64,000 nucleotides of DNA from Acidobacteriota bacterium. GTDB lineage: Bacteria; Acidobacteriota; UBA6911. The stretch lies in NCBI GenBank assembly GCA_963664705.1, contig OY761556.1:2020795-2084794 (forward strand), written 5' to 3'. Under the pieces are notes generated by a model that saw nothing but the letters and a program-made list of their open reading frames with translations, was not told the origin of the DNA and ran no database searches. Every line of letters starts with the position of its first letter. Position 1 is the first letter of the stretch. This document shows positions 20,959 through 30,261 of the stretch, piece by piece. The translations under genes were made by a program, and so were the position numbers.

Positions 20959-21387
20959 ATGGCCTTCACGACATCGCAAGGAAAAACTGCTACGTCCCTG
21001 TCGGAAATCAATGTGACACCCCTGGTGGATGTCATGCTGGTGCTGCTCATCATATTCATGGTGACGGCTCCGATGTTGCAGACGGGAATAGAGGTGCAGC
21101 TTCCGGAAACCAGAAATGTTAAAGAAGTGAATCCGGAGCAGCGAATCATCATTTCTATCAGCCGCGATGGGCTCATTTACTATGGAGCGGATGCAATCAA
21201 GTTTGCGTCCATTCCGGGGCGCTTGAAAAAGGATGCCAAAGGCCCGAAGGATGCCATCTTTTTAAGAGCGGACATCGATGTGAAATGGAAGTATATCGTT
21301 TCCGTAATTGATGCCATTCGCGGTGCGGGCTATAACGAGATTCGTCTGGTTACAAAGCCATTTACCAAAGAAGCAACAAACCGATAG
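20959..21387 (+). CDS. tolR: Tol-Pal system protein TolR (ExbD/TolR family)
   Basis: 142 aa with the ExbD/TolR N-terminal pattern (SEINVTPLVDVMLVLLIIFMV) and its position after tolQ. Confidence 0.85.
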   Translation: MAFTTSQGKTATSLSEINVTPLVDVMLVLLIIFMVTAPMLQTGIEVQLPETRNVKEVNPEQRIIISISRDGLIYYGADAIKFASIPGRLKKDAKGPKDAIFLRADIDVKWKYIVSVIDAIRGAGYNEIRLVTKPFTKEATNR

Positions 21388-21402
21388 GGCTTCTGATCCG
21401 AA

Positions 21403-22200
21403 ATGGATAATGATAACCGCAGGGAAACACTGCTGAATATCCCGCTTATCCAGGAGCGCTATGGGAAGTTCTTTATCGCCTCTCTGGGAATCCACGGCAT
21501 CGTGATTCTGATGTTGATTTTCGGCGGATATCTGCTTCCTTCAAATCCTATTATGATCGGCGGCGGTGTGGGGGGCGGGACTGGCGGTGACACCACAACC
21601 GTCGGGGTCGTGGATGAGCTTTCCGGGGGCGCCGGCATGTATAAACCCTCGATTGTTCCCCGTCCGCCGGCTCTTAAGGAAAAGCCCGAACCGAAGGATG
21701 AATCCAAGGCCATTCCACTTCCGCACACTTTGGAATCAAAAAAGAAAAAGCCGGACACCGCGAGAGAAACAAAACCGGCTCCCGATTCCAATGCAATACC
21801 GACCGCTCCGGAACCAGGCTCCGGGGGCGCCGGAGGTCATAGCGGAGGCAGTGGTGGCGGCTTCGGAGGAGGCAGCGGTGTTTCAATTGGCCCGGGATCC
21901 GGCGCCTTTGGGGATTCCATGTATGCGCGGACCGTTGAAAAGAGAATCAGCGATGCCTGGCAAAAGCCGCCCGATAACGTGCACGTCGAAATTGTTTTTA
22001 GTTTCCTCATCCTTGCGAATGGCAAAGTCACAAACATCAAGATGGAAAAATCGTCGGGGAATCCGACTCTGGATAGGTATGCCGAACGCGCGATACTCGA
22101 CTTGACCAATCCACAACGCCCGCTGCCGGCTCCACCGCCGGAATACAGGGGGCGCCCGATAACGTTCGTTGCACAGTTTATCTATCCACCGAGCCAATGA
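21403..22200 (+). CDS. TolA-like / TonB-family energy-transducer protein
   Basis: Single N-terminal TM segment, a Gly/Pro-rich low-complexity linker and a C-terminal TonB_C-like domain. It occupies the tolA position in the tol-pal cluster. Confidence 0.7.
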   Translation: MDNDNRRETLLNIPLIQERYGKFFIASLGIHGIVILMLIFGGYLLPSNPIMIGGGVGGGTGGDTTTVGVVDELSGGAGMYKPSIVPRPPALKEKPEPKDESKAIPLPHTLESKKKKPDTARETKPAPDSNAIPTAPEPGSGGAGGHSGGSGGGFGGGSGVSIGPGSGAFGDSMYARTVEKRISDAWQKPPDNVHVEIVFSFLILANGKVTNIKMEKSSGNPTLDRYAERAILDLTNPQRPLPAPPPEYRGRPITFVAQFIYPPSQ

Positions 22201-23567
22201 TCAGTTTACAAAGGAAAAAAATGGCCGCCAAAATAGTGACATTCACGCTGCTGATCCTCAGCACTGTGCTGCCCTCTCTGTTCACGCAGGATCTCCCGCC
22301 GGTAACCGTTCGTCCGAAACCAAACGAAGAAGTGATTCTTGCGGTTGTGGATGTTCAGCCTGCCAATAGAGAAAACTCAACCGAGCTTTCGGAGATCATC
22401 AAGACCTTCAATCAGGTTCTATGGGATGATCTCTCGTTTGCCGGGTATTTTACGATGGCCGGCCGCAGTTTTTACCCTCCCAAGCCCATCATTCGGCCGG
22501 AGGATCTGAATTATGACGAGTGGGGCAGTCTGCCGTTCAAAGTGAGCTACCTGTCGGCGGGAACCCTGAATATCACGGGTGGAACCCTCCGGGCAGAGCT
22601 TCGCATCTTTGACATGAAGGGCCGGCAACCGGGCCCCGGGCAGATCATTACCGGAGATCCGGCTCAGATCCGGACAATCGCTCACCGCTGGGCGGATGAG
22701 ATCGTTTATCAGTTGACCGCCGGAGCATCCAGAGGTATCGCATCCACGAAGATTGCCTATGTTTCCAGGAAAGGAAATGCCAAGGAGATCTACATCGCCG
22801 ATTATGACGGGTTTAATGCCCAGGCATTCACCCATAGCGGGACGCTGAATCTGTTTCCGAACTGGGCTCCCGACAACTCCAAGTTGGCGTTTGTCACCTA
22901 TCGCACCGGCAAGCCCGAAATCAACATCTATTCATATCTGGATGGCTCCAGGCTTCAATTCCCGATCTTCAACTCGCTGGCCTCAACCCCGGCCATAGCC
23001 CCGGACGGAACCGAAATCGCCTATGCGCTCAGAACGCCGCGTGGGGATACTGATCTGTATATTTCAAAACTGGATGGCTCCGACCGGAGGGACATTACCA
23101 ACAACCCCTCTATCGATACTTCCCCAACATGGTCCCCATCAGGACGTCAGATAGCTTTTGCCACTGACAGGATCCAGACAGGGGCGACCCAGATTCACAT
23201 CTGTGATGTCGACGGCACCAACGTAAGGAGAATTGTCAAAGAAGGTGGAGACTCCGATTCCCCGGCATGGTCTCCGGACGGAAAGTTTATTGCGTTTCAC
23301 TGGAAGCCGCGGCTGAGCACCAGCTACGACATCTTCATTGCCGAGGTCAGCACCGGGAGGATCCGTCAACTGACCAGCGGCAGCGGCAGCAACGAGGGAC
23401 CGACCTGGGCGCCAGATAGCCGGCATATTTCCTTTCAATCGAATCGTACGGGAACGACTCAGCTTTATATTATGCTTTTGGATGGATCCGAGCTCCGCAT
23501 GATAACCAAGCAGGGGAATAACAGCAGCCCCGCGTGGAGCGGCTATTTCCGTTCCGCGGAAAAATAG
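22197..23567 (+). CDS. tolB: Tol-Pal system beta-propeller protein TolB
   Basis: Signal peptide, TolB N-domain, then repeated WD40-like PD40 blades (..SPAWSPDGKFIAF.., ..GPTWAPDSRHISF..). Confidence 0.9.
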   Translation: MISLQRKKMAAKIVTFTLLILSTVLPSLFTQDLPPVTVRPKPNEEVILAVVDVQPANRENSTELSEIIKTFNQVLWDDLSFAGYFTMAGRSFYPPKPIIRPEDLNYDEWGSLPFKVSYLSAGTLNITGGTLRAELRIFDMKGRQPGPGQIITGDPAQIRTIAHRWADEIVYQLTAGASRGIASTKIAYVSRKGNAKEIYIADYDGFNAQAFTHSGTLNLFPNWAPDNSKLAFVTYRTGKPEINIYSYLDGSRLQFPIFNSLASTPAIAPDGTEIAYALRTPRGDTDLYISKLDGSDRRDITNNPSIDTSPTWSPSGRQIAFATDRIQTGATQIHICDVDGTNVRRIVKEGGDSDSPAWSPDGKFIAFHWKPRLSTSYDIFIAEVSTGRIRQLTSGSGSNEGPTWAPDSRHISFQSNRTGTTQLYIMLLDGSELRMITKQGNNSSPAWSGYFRSAEK

Positions 23568-23707
23568 TGAATTTTCTGACGATGTGTTTTCCGGCATCGG
23601 GCTGCGTGCTATACTCCGATTGATCGGATATAAATCCGTATCCGGGAGCACTGCTATTAATCAAACCTCGACGAAAACCAGAAACACGTGATGAAGGAGA
23701 TACCGCA

Positions 23708-24475
23708 ATGAGAAGCTCATTGTACAGGTTCACTGCCGCGGTCATCGTTCTGACGGCTTTGATGCTTTCTGGAACGAGCTGCAGAAAGAATCCCCCAGTT
23801 CAACCGCCTGCCCCGGCGAAAGAGACGCCTCCACCGCCTCCTGCGCCGCCGACTCCGGCTCCCACGATTTCCTTGAGTGCGTCTCCATCCGCCATTGAGC
23901 GAGGACAGTCTGCAACGCTTTCATGGAATTCCACCAACGCCACGGGCATAACCATCGATAATGGCGTGGGGACCGTCGAAGCCTCCGGCAGCCGTGCGGT
24001 ACGGCCGCAATCTTCCACGACGTACATGATTCGTGCAACCGGCCCCGGCGGCAATGCTGTGGCCGAGGCCAGAGTCACGGTCACGGTTCCAACCGTCGTT
24101 ACACCACCGCAGCCTCAGCCCATTAGCGACACCGAGTTCTTCACCTCGAGTATCAAGGATGCCTTCTTTGATTATGATCAATACAGCATCCGTGAGGATG
24201 CCAGGCAAGCTTTGATGGCTGATGCCCGCGCATTGGCGCAAAGACCTGGAATCCGGATAACGATTGAAGGGCATGCCGATGAGCGCGGGTCCGAGAAATA
24301 CAATCTCGCACTCGGCGACCGAAGAGCCAATGCGGCGAAGGAATTTCTGGTCAGCCAGGGAGTCGATGCCAGCCGTATTGATACCACTTCGTACGGCAAA
24401 GAGCGGAATTTCTGTGAAGAGCATACCGAGGAATGCTGGCAGCTGAACCGCCGCGCTCATCTGGTAATGCGCTAA
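23708..24475 (+). CDS. pal: peptidoglycan-associated lipoprotein Pal (OmpA family) with an extra N-terminal beta-domain
   Basis: Lipoprotein-type signal ending ..LSGTSC, a Pro-rich linker, a ~90-aa Ig-like segment, then an OmpA_C domain (IEGHADERGSEKYNLALGDRRANAAKEFL). Confidence 0.85.
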   Translation: MRSSLYRFTAAVIVLTALMLSGTSCRKNPPVQPPAPAKETPPPPPAPPTPAPTISLSASPSAIERGQSATLSWNSTNATGITIDNGVGTVEASGSRAVRPQSSTTYMIRATGPGGNAVAEARVTVTVPTVVTPPQPQPISDTEFFTSSIKDAFFDYDQYSIREDARQALMADARALAQRPGIRITIEGHADERGSEKYNLALGDRRANAAKEFLVSQGVDASRIDTTSYGKERNFCEEHTEECWQLNRRAHLVMR

Positions 24476-24499
24476 GCAAGGATACTGGTTTGAAATCGC

Positions 24500-24541
24500 G
24501 GGAGGGCGGAAGGACTGCCGCAACAGTACTTCGGCCCTCCC
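24500..24541 (+). other. intercistronic stem-loop between pal and ybgF
   Basis: 13-bp stem (GGGAGGGCGGAAG / CTTCGGCCCTCCC, one G-G mismatch) with a 16-nt loop and no U-run. It could be an mRNA-stability or partial termination element. Confidence 0.35.
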
Positions 24542-24607
24542 TGTCCATTACCCCGTCAATCTGTGCCATAATACTGTGTGCAATCCCTGTTCAATAGGAG
24601 AAAGCGC

Positions 24608-25450
24608 ATGAAGCGAACACTGATTTTTTGCCTGCCCGTATTCCTGCTGTGCATCCTTCAGGCAGCATCGGCCGGCACAAGAGAGGATCTCCTGCGTTTG
24701 CAGAGCGATGTCAATGCGATGCAGGCTCAGATCCGAGACATTGATAGGAAGTTTGACGAACGCTACGATGGCATAAAAAGCCTGGTGGTCCAGCTGAACG
24801 ACCAGGTGGCTAAATCGAGCCTGATATTGGATCGAATTGCCAGATCGCTCGAATCCCAGGCCGCCGGTACAAAGTCCAATGACCAGGCATTTTTGCAGGA
24901 GGTGCATAACCTGTCGCTAAAGATGGACGATGTTACAACCCGCTTGTCCGCTCTGGCGCAACAGGTCAACGATTTGAAAGTGCAGGCCAAAGCGATAGCG
25001 ACGGAGCCGGCAGCCAATTCGGTTGTTTCGCCACAATCGATCTTCGATCAGGCCTACAGTGATTACGTCCAGGGGAATTTCGATCTCGCAGCACAGGGTT
25101 TCTCGGACTATCTGCGGAATAATCCGGCTTCAGACAAAACCGCGGCCGCGCAGTTTTATCTTGGCGACTCCTATGCACAACAGAGCAAAATATCTCAGGC
25201 TATCACCGCCTTCACGCGGGTCATCAATGATTTCCCCGATGCAGAACAGGCAGCCAGCGCTTTGTATAAACGTGGAAGGGCTGAACTGCAGATGAAGGAA
25301 AGCGACAACGCCATCGCCGATTTCAGGGCGGTGGTCGACAAATTCCCCGCTGCGCCCGAAGCGGAGCGGGCAAAAGACGAACTCCGGAAGTTGGGTGTCA
25401 GCATTACCAAACCGGCAGCTGCCAAAGAGCCGCGCCGGCGATCAAAGTGA
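24608..25450 (+). CDS. ybgF: Tol-Pal system protein YbgF/CpoB (coiled coil + TPR)
   Basis: Signal peptide [14 protein letters not shown].., an N-terminal coiled coil and C-terminal TPR repeats ([26 protein letters not shown]..). It is the last gene of the tol-pal cluster. AGGAG lies 7 nt upstream of ATG 24608. Confidence 0.75.
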   Translation: MKRTLIFCLPVFLLCILQAASAGTREDLLRLQSDVNAMQAQIRDIDRKFDERYDGIKSLVVQLNDQVAKSSLILDRIARSLESQAAGTKSNDQAFLQEVHNLSLKMDDVTTRLSALAQQVNDLKVQAKAIATEPAANSVVSPQSIFDQAYSDYVQGNFDLAAQGFSDYLRNNPASDKTAAAQFYLGDSYAQQSKISQAITAFTRVINDFPDAEQAASALYKRGRAELQMKESDNAIADFRAVVDKFPAAPEAERAKDELRKLGVSITKPAAAKEPRRRSK

Positions 25451-25460
25451 GGTACACATA

Positions 25461-25904
25461 ATGGCTTCTCTGAACAAAGTTCTGCTCATCGGACATCTTG
25501 GAAAAGATCCTGAAGTCCGCTATACGCCGGATGGTGCCGCTGTTGCTTCCTTCAGCCTCGCAACCAGCGAGGTGTTTAATGACAAGAATGGCACGCGCCA
25601 GGAGCGCACCGAGTGGCACAGGATCTCTGCCTGGGGCAAGCTGGCCGATATCTGCAAACAGTATCTTGCCAAAGGACGGCAGGTTTACATCGAGGGACGT
25701 ATTCGAACCCGCGAATATACGGATCGCGAAGGAATTAAGCGATATGCGACCGAAATTGTCGCCAACCAGATGATTATGCTGGGCGGACGTCCCCAAGGCG
25801 GAGAAGCGGGATACCAGTCCGGTACATCCGTCGCCAGACCGGTCGCAGATGCCGACCAGGCCTTCGGCGATCCGGGAATCACCGATAGCGATATTCCCTT
25901 TTAA
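25461..25904 (+). CDS. ssb: single-stranded DNA-binding protein
   Basis: [37 protein letters not shown]... OB fold, a Gly/Pro-rich tail and the acidic C-terminal tip DSDIPF. GAGG lies 8 nt upstream of ATG 25461. Confidence 0.95.
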   Translation: MASLNKVLLIGHLGKDPEVRYTPDGAAVASFSLATSEVFNDKNGTRQERTEWHRISAWGKLADICKQYLAKGRQVYIEGRIRTREYTDREGIKRYATEIVANQMIMLGGRPQGGEAGYQSGTSVARPVADADQAFGDPGITDSDIPF

Positions 25905-25909
25905 TACCT

Positions 25910-25947
25910 GCGGGAGGGAGAGTGCATTCCGGTCCTCCCCCTCCCGC
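25910..25947 (+). terminator. stem-loop between ssb and selD (possible terminator/attenuator)
   Basis: 9-bp GC-rich stem GCGGGAGGG / CCCTCCCGC, extendable inward, followed by TCATTTATT. It lies 27 nt before the proposed selD start. Confidence 0.4.
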
Positions 25948-25973
25948 GTCATTTATTAGCAAGGCGGTTGTGC

Positions 25974-27026
25974 GTGTCAAAGGATTCCAAGCAAAAAAGA
26001 CTGACCGAGTGCAGCAGTGCCGGTGGTTGAGCCAGCAAAATGAGTCCGGCGGTGCTGGACAAAGTTTTATCAAAGCTTCCACGCCAGGAGGACCCGCGTC
26101 TGCTGGTGGGCTTTGGAAAAAAGGATGATGCCGGAGTTTATCTTCTTCATGATGGACTCGCCCTGGTACAGACAACCGATTTCTTCACCCCTATCATCGA
26201 CGATCCTTATCAGTACGGACAGATAGCCGCCGCCAATTCCCTTTCCGATGTCTATGCCATGGGGGGGCGTCCCATTACTGCCCTCTCCATAGTCTGTTAT
26301 CCCGAAGACGGCGATCTCGAGATGCTCGAGCAAATCCTGGTCGGCGGCATGGACAAGATGATTGAAGCCGGCTGCACGGTAGTCGGCGGCCACATGGTGC
26401 GCGACGCCGAAGTTAAATTCGGCTACGCCGTCACCGGCACCGTTGATCCCAAGAACGTATGGACCAATGCCGGCTCTCATCCGGGGGATGTGCTGCTTTT
26501 AACCAAACCTCTCGGCACTGGAGTGATCGCGACTGCTATTCGCGCCGGGAAATCCGAACCTGAATGGACCCAGGCTGCCATAGATGTAATGCGCCAACTG
26601 AATAAGGACGCGGCCATTGCTCTCGACGCGGTGAAGGATTCCATCCATGCGGTCACCGATATAACGGGATTCGGCTTCATCGGCCACACTCTCGAAATGG
26701 CGACCGGAAGCGAAGTCAGCATTCGCATCGAAAGCGGCAGCATCAGGCTGATTCCAGGAGCGATGGAGTGCGTGCGGCTGGGGTGCATCGCCGGCGGACT
26801 GAAAAAGAACCGCGCTTTTGTCGGCGCCGATGTGCAGTTCGCGGACGGAGTTTCTCCGGAATTGCAGCAACTGCTGTTCGATCCGCAGACATCCGGCGGA
26901 CTGCTGATCTCCATTCAGCCGGAAGCGGCGGAAGAAGCTTCCCGGTTGCTGGAAGCCGCCGGCTGCCAGGCCATGCGCATTGGCACCGCCATCGAAAAGA
27001 TGGCTTTTCCCGTCCTGGTCATCTGA
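25974..27026 (+). CDS. selD: selenide, water dikinase SelD, selenocysteine-containing (UGA 26028-26030 decoded as Sec)
   Basis: The ORF track starts at ATG 26040, but the frame stays open upstream to 25905 apart from one TGA. Read-through gives VSKDSKQKRLTECSSAGG-U-ASKMSPAVLDKVL. This aligns with E. coli SelD [24 protein letters not shown], placing U on the catalytic Cys17 and conserving Lys20. The rest is clearly SelD (TTDFFTPIIDDPY..GGRP..; C-terminal DPQTSGGLL). GTG 25974 is the best start; TTG 25968 is the alternative. Confidence 0.85.
26028..26030 (+). other. in-frame UGA (selenocysteine codon) of selD
   Basis: This is the only stop codon between 25905 and the selD body, and it aligns to the catalytic Cys/Sec position of SelD. 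Confidence 0.8.
26037..26067 (+). promoter_or_regulatory. candidate bacterial SECIS hairpin for selD
   Basis: Apical stem GUCCG (26044-26048) / UGGAC (26056-26060, one G-U pair) with loop GCGGUGC. The lower stem extends as AAA(26037-39)/UUU(26065-67) across an internal loop. It starts 13 nt after the UGA. Folded by eye only. Confidence 0.5.
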
Positions 27027-27139
27027 TCCTTTGGGAATATTCGACCGGGACCGTCTGCGCCTCGGCGAGCATCTCGCCGGCAAAATCCCAGTTGTGTCCA
27101 CGACACTGATGCCGCCGCGACGGCGACGGTTCCTGCATG

Positions 27140-27859
27140 CTAAAAGCGGTATTTGGCCTTCTTGACATCCTGGCGGAAATCCGGCCCCTGAATTTCTACC
27201 TCCCGACACATCTCAAACAATCGCGAACGAAGACGCATGCCTATTCGGTCCGTCAAATTCTCCTCCCCCTGTTTGACAGGCTTGTCGAGGTAATTGGAGG
27301 TAAAAATAGTCAGCTTCTCGTCGTTATAGCGACAGTTGATGATGTGCGCAATGGTGTCCCGCACCCAGTCCGTCGGCTTGTTGGCTCCCAGTTCATCCAG
27401 GATCAGTACCTTCGCCTCCAGTACAGGCCGCAGCACCTCCAATTCCGAGGTTTGAGAAACGGAATTCCAGCTGGCCTGAATCTCGCGAAGTAGATCCCTG
27501 AAATCATAGAAGAGCCCGCCATCCCCCTTTTCCATGATCACCTGCTTCAGCAGGGCAACCGCAAGATGTGTCTTGCCGACGCCGCAAGTCCCAAGCAGAA
27601 GCAGCCCCACATCGATCTGGGGATATTTATCCAGGAATCGCTGGACGTAGAGCTTTGCCTTCTTTTGAGATTCATTTTGCGGCAGGTATGATTCCAGATC
27701 GCAATGCTCATACCGCTTCGGGATGCGTGCTTCGGCCAGAAGCCTCTCGACCCGGACCGAGCTCATGCAGGTACATCGGCGTACACCCCCTTCCACCGGT
27801 TCCCATCCGGAACCGCTGCAAAGAGGACAAGCTGGGAGTAATGAATTTTCAGTGGTCAT
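27140..27859 (-). CDS. DnaC/IstB-like AAA+ ATPase (putative helicase loader) with an N-terminal Cys4 zinc ribbon
   Basis: N-terminal CPLCSGSGW...RRCTC, Walker [15 protein letters not shown], Walker B VLILDELG and sensor-1 TSN. No IstA-type transposase is adjacent. Confidence 0.75.
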   Translation of the reverse strand: MTTENSLLPACPLCSGSGWEPVEGGVRRCTCMSSVRVERLLAEARIPKRYEHCDLESYLPQNESQKKAKLYVQRFLDKYPQIDVGLLLLGTCGVGKTHLAVALLKQVIMEKGDGGLFYDFRDLLREIQASWNSVSQTSELEVLRPVLEAKVLILDELGANKPTDWVRDTIAHIINCRYNDEKLTIFTSNYLDKPVKQGEENLTDRIGMRLRSRLFEMCREVEIQGPDFRQDVKKAKYRF

Positions 27860-27935
27860 TGGAAACCTGAGGATATCACAAGTGCCTGGGGCCTGCGCGA
27901 ATTATTGAAATTGAATTATGGTACGCAAAACACAC

Positions 27936-29075
27936 TTATTGCGAATTGGGAACAGCTGCCTTTGGTGCGGGCTTTGGCGGAGGAGGACCTGGCACCGCGG
28001 CAACCTGAAGCGCCTTTAACTCGGCATACATCTTTTGAACATTTGACGGAAAAAAATTCTGGAATCGATACTTCGAATACTTTTCCGGCACCGCAATATC
28101 CCGGACGGCCTGATCCAGACCATCCCCGCGATCCACCGATTCCTTTACCAGCGACTGCAGTGATTCAAAATAGCCCAGGAAATTCTGGATATCCTTTTTA
28201 GTCCCCACTGTTCCATGGCCGGGGACAAATTTTTCGGCATCCAGTTTTAGCACTTCTTCCAGTGTTTTCATCCAGGACAAAATGGATGCATCCTGTACAT
28301 TGGGAATGGCTTCATTAAAAAAAAGATCCCCAACAAATACAATCTTTTGAGCCGGCAGCAGCATCACCACATCCCCGTCGGTGTGCCCTTTTCCAAGGTA
28401 CAGAATCCGGACTTCCTGTTTTCCGTCCAGAATCTTCAAGCTGTCATCCAGGGTAACAGATGGCGCCCCTATTTTTAGCTTGGACATCGTCTGGATGTAT
28501 TCGTCACGCGTCTTGATCTGCTCGCGCAGCCGTTGCAGAAGATCCGGGTCCTTCGTCTTGGCCATATCTCGGCGCAATCTTTCGACCTGCGCTTGCGCCA
28601 CGGATATTGTCCTGTTGAGCGAGGGGAGGTCTCCTTCGAGGACCTCCCGGCGCGCCGCGGTGCTTCCGATCAATTGGGCGTCCGGGAAGGCCTGGTTTCC
28701 ATGGGTATGATCGGCATGTGCATGGCTGTTGACAACATAACGGATAGGCTTTGGCGTAACCGATCGAATGGCATTCAGTAATGCCTGCCCAGCCTCGGGA
28801 GTGAAGTGGGTGTCGAATACGAGAACCGAATGCTCCAGCACAACGAATCCGGCGTTGCTTACAGCATCCCCATCCGGGCTGACAATCCTTACGAATACAT
28901 TATCCGCAAGCCTGGTCAGATCCGAGCTTTCCTTTGAGTACGCGGCGGTCGAAAACAGACACCACAGGCCTGTCATCACGCAAGCCCATCGGACTATTTG
29001 TTTAATTGCAGAAAATGAAAGAATGGAAGGACCTCGCGTTTCAGAAATTCGACATGCGCTGCACCGGCGCTTCAA
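27936..29075 (-). CDS. MBL-fold metallo-hydrolase (secreted)
   Basis: HxHxDH motif (NSHAHADHTHGN) and later H/D ligands (GKGHTDGD, PGHG), with a hydrophobic N-terminal signal-like segment. The start is uncertain (35-nt overlap with the upstream gene; ATG 28976 is an alternative). Confidence 0.8.
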   Translation of the reverse strand: MKRRCSACRISETRGPSILSFSAIKQIVRWACVMTGLWCLFSTAAYSKESSDLTRLADNVFVRIVSPDGDAVSNAGFVVLEHSVLVFDTHFTPEAGQALLNAIRSVTPKPIRYVVNSHAHADHTHGNQAFPDAQLIGSTAARREVLEGDLPSLNRTISVAQAQVERLRRDMAKTKDPDLLQRLREQIKTRDEYIQTMSKLKIGAPSVTLDDSLKILDGKQEVRILYLGKGHTDGDVVMLLPAQKIVFVGDLFFNEAIPNVQDASILSWMKTLEEVLKLDAEKFVPGHGTVGTKKDIQNFLGYFESLQSLVKESVDRGDGLDQAVRDIAVPEKYSKYRFQNFFPSNVQKMYAELKALQVAAVPGPPPPKPAPKAAVPNSQ

Positions 29076-30210
29076 CCAGCATCACCGATTTCTGATTCTT
29101 CGATCGCCCCCGGTAGAAAGTAACCTTCACACTCTCACCGGGACGTTTTGTCTCCAAAACCAATCGAAGCTCCTCAAGCGAACCAACCGGCTTTCCATCT
29201 ATTTCAGTCAGAATATCGCCGCCCACCAGGATCCGCTGGTTGAACAGGATGGCCATTTGATTGGCGCCTTTGATTCCGGCCTGATCGGCGGAACTGCCGC
29301 GGTATACGCGGGCAATCATGATTCCGCTCTGCACGGGCAGATTGAGTTCCGAGGCAAGATCTTCGTTCAGCTCATATCCTTCGATGCCGAACCAGGGTCT
29401 ACGAACACGTCCCTCCCGGATCAACTCCGTCACGACGCGGCGAATGGTATTGGCAGGGATCGCAAAACCGATTCCGATGCTCCCGCCTCCGCGGATTGTA
29501 AAAATCGAGGTATTGATCCCGATCATCTCACCGGCGGTATTCAGCAATGGCCCACCTGAATTTCCGGGATTGATGGCCGCATCGGTCTGAATAACATTGT
29601 CGACCAGCGTGCCTTCTTCAGTTTTGATGCGGCGGCCCAGGGAGCTTACAATGCCCGTGGTCATTGAATTCTGAAGGCCCAGGGGATTTCCGATAGCCAG
29701 GACTTTCTGCCCAACCTTCAATGCGCTGGAATCCCCCAGAGTAATAGGATGCAGCCGGTCCTTGGGAGCGCCGGAAATCCTGATCACGGCCAGGTCGTTC
29801 TGCTTATCGTACCCGATGACCTTGGCCCGGTATTTCGTATGGTCCGGCAACGAAACTTCCAGGCTATCCGCGGACTCAATGACATGATAGTTGGTAAGAA
29901 TATTTCCGTCCGTATCCAGCACGCAGCCGCTTCCGGTCCCTCCATCGGTTGCGACGGGCGCGAAGAAGAAATCGTATTCCACTACCTTTTGGGTAATGTT
30001 GACGACTCCCGGACTTACCTGGTCATATACACGGATATTTGTCTGCTCTTCGCTGCTGAGGGAGGCCTGGCCGGCTGGAGCAAATGCAAAAGCTGGCTTC
30101 GACGGCTCCTTTGGGCTGTATCCAGGGATCAGATCCCATTTCAGCGCCATCAGAGTGGCCGAACTGGAAAGAAGAACGGCGATGATGATATTTCTTACTG
30201 GGTGCCTCAT
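29041..30210 (-). CDS. HtrA/DegP-family serine protease with one PDZ domain
   Basis: Trypsin-like catalytic triad context (..LTNYHVI.., ..DLAVIRI.., ..GNSGGPLLN..) followed by a PDZ domain, with an N-terminal signal/anchor. Confidence 0.85.
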   Translation of the reverse strand: MRHPVRNIIIAVLLSSSATLMALKWDLIPGYSPKEPSKPAFAFAPAGQASLSSEEQTNIRVYDQVSPGVVNITQKVVEYDFFFAPVATDGGTGSGCVLDTDGNILTNYHVIESADSLEVSLPDHTKYRAKVIGYDKQNDLAVIRISGAPKDRLHPITLGDSSALKVGQKVLAIGNPLGLQNSMTTGIVSSLGRRIKTEEGTLVDNVIQTDAAINPGNSGGPLLNTAGEMIGINTSIFTIRGGGSIGIGFAIPANTIRRVVTELIREGRVRRPWFGIEGYELNEDLASELNLPVQSGIMIARVYRGSSADQAGIKGANQMAILFNQRILVGGDILTEIDGKPVGSLEELRLVLETKRPGESVKVTFYRGRSKNQKSVMLVEAPVQRMSNF

Positions 30211-30261
30211 AAAGCAAAAGAGCCTCCTGGAGCCGGGTATGGTCCAGGAGGCTTTCCTTCT

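Noticed and set aside
21540-21900. A repetitive-looking GGC/GGT/CCG-rich stretch.
   Set aside because: It encodes the Gly/Pro-rich linker of the TolA/TonB-like protein. It is not a tandem DNA repeat or a CRISPR array.
27140-27859. The IstB-like ATPase as part of an IS21 element.
   Set aside because: There is no IstA transposase and I could see no terminal inverted repeats. I treat it as a chromosomal DnaC-like protein.
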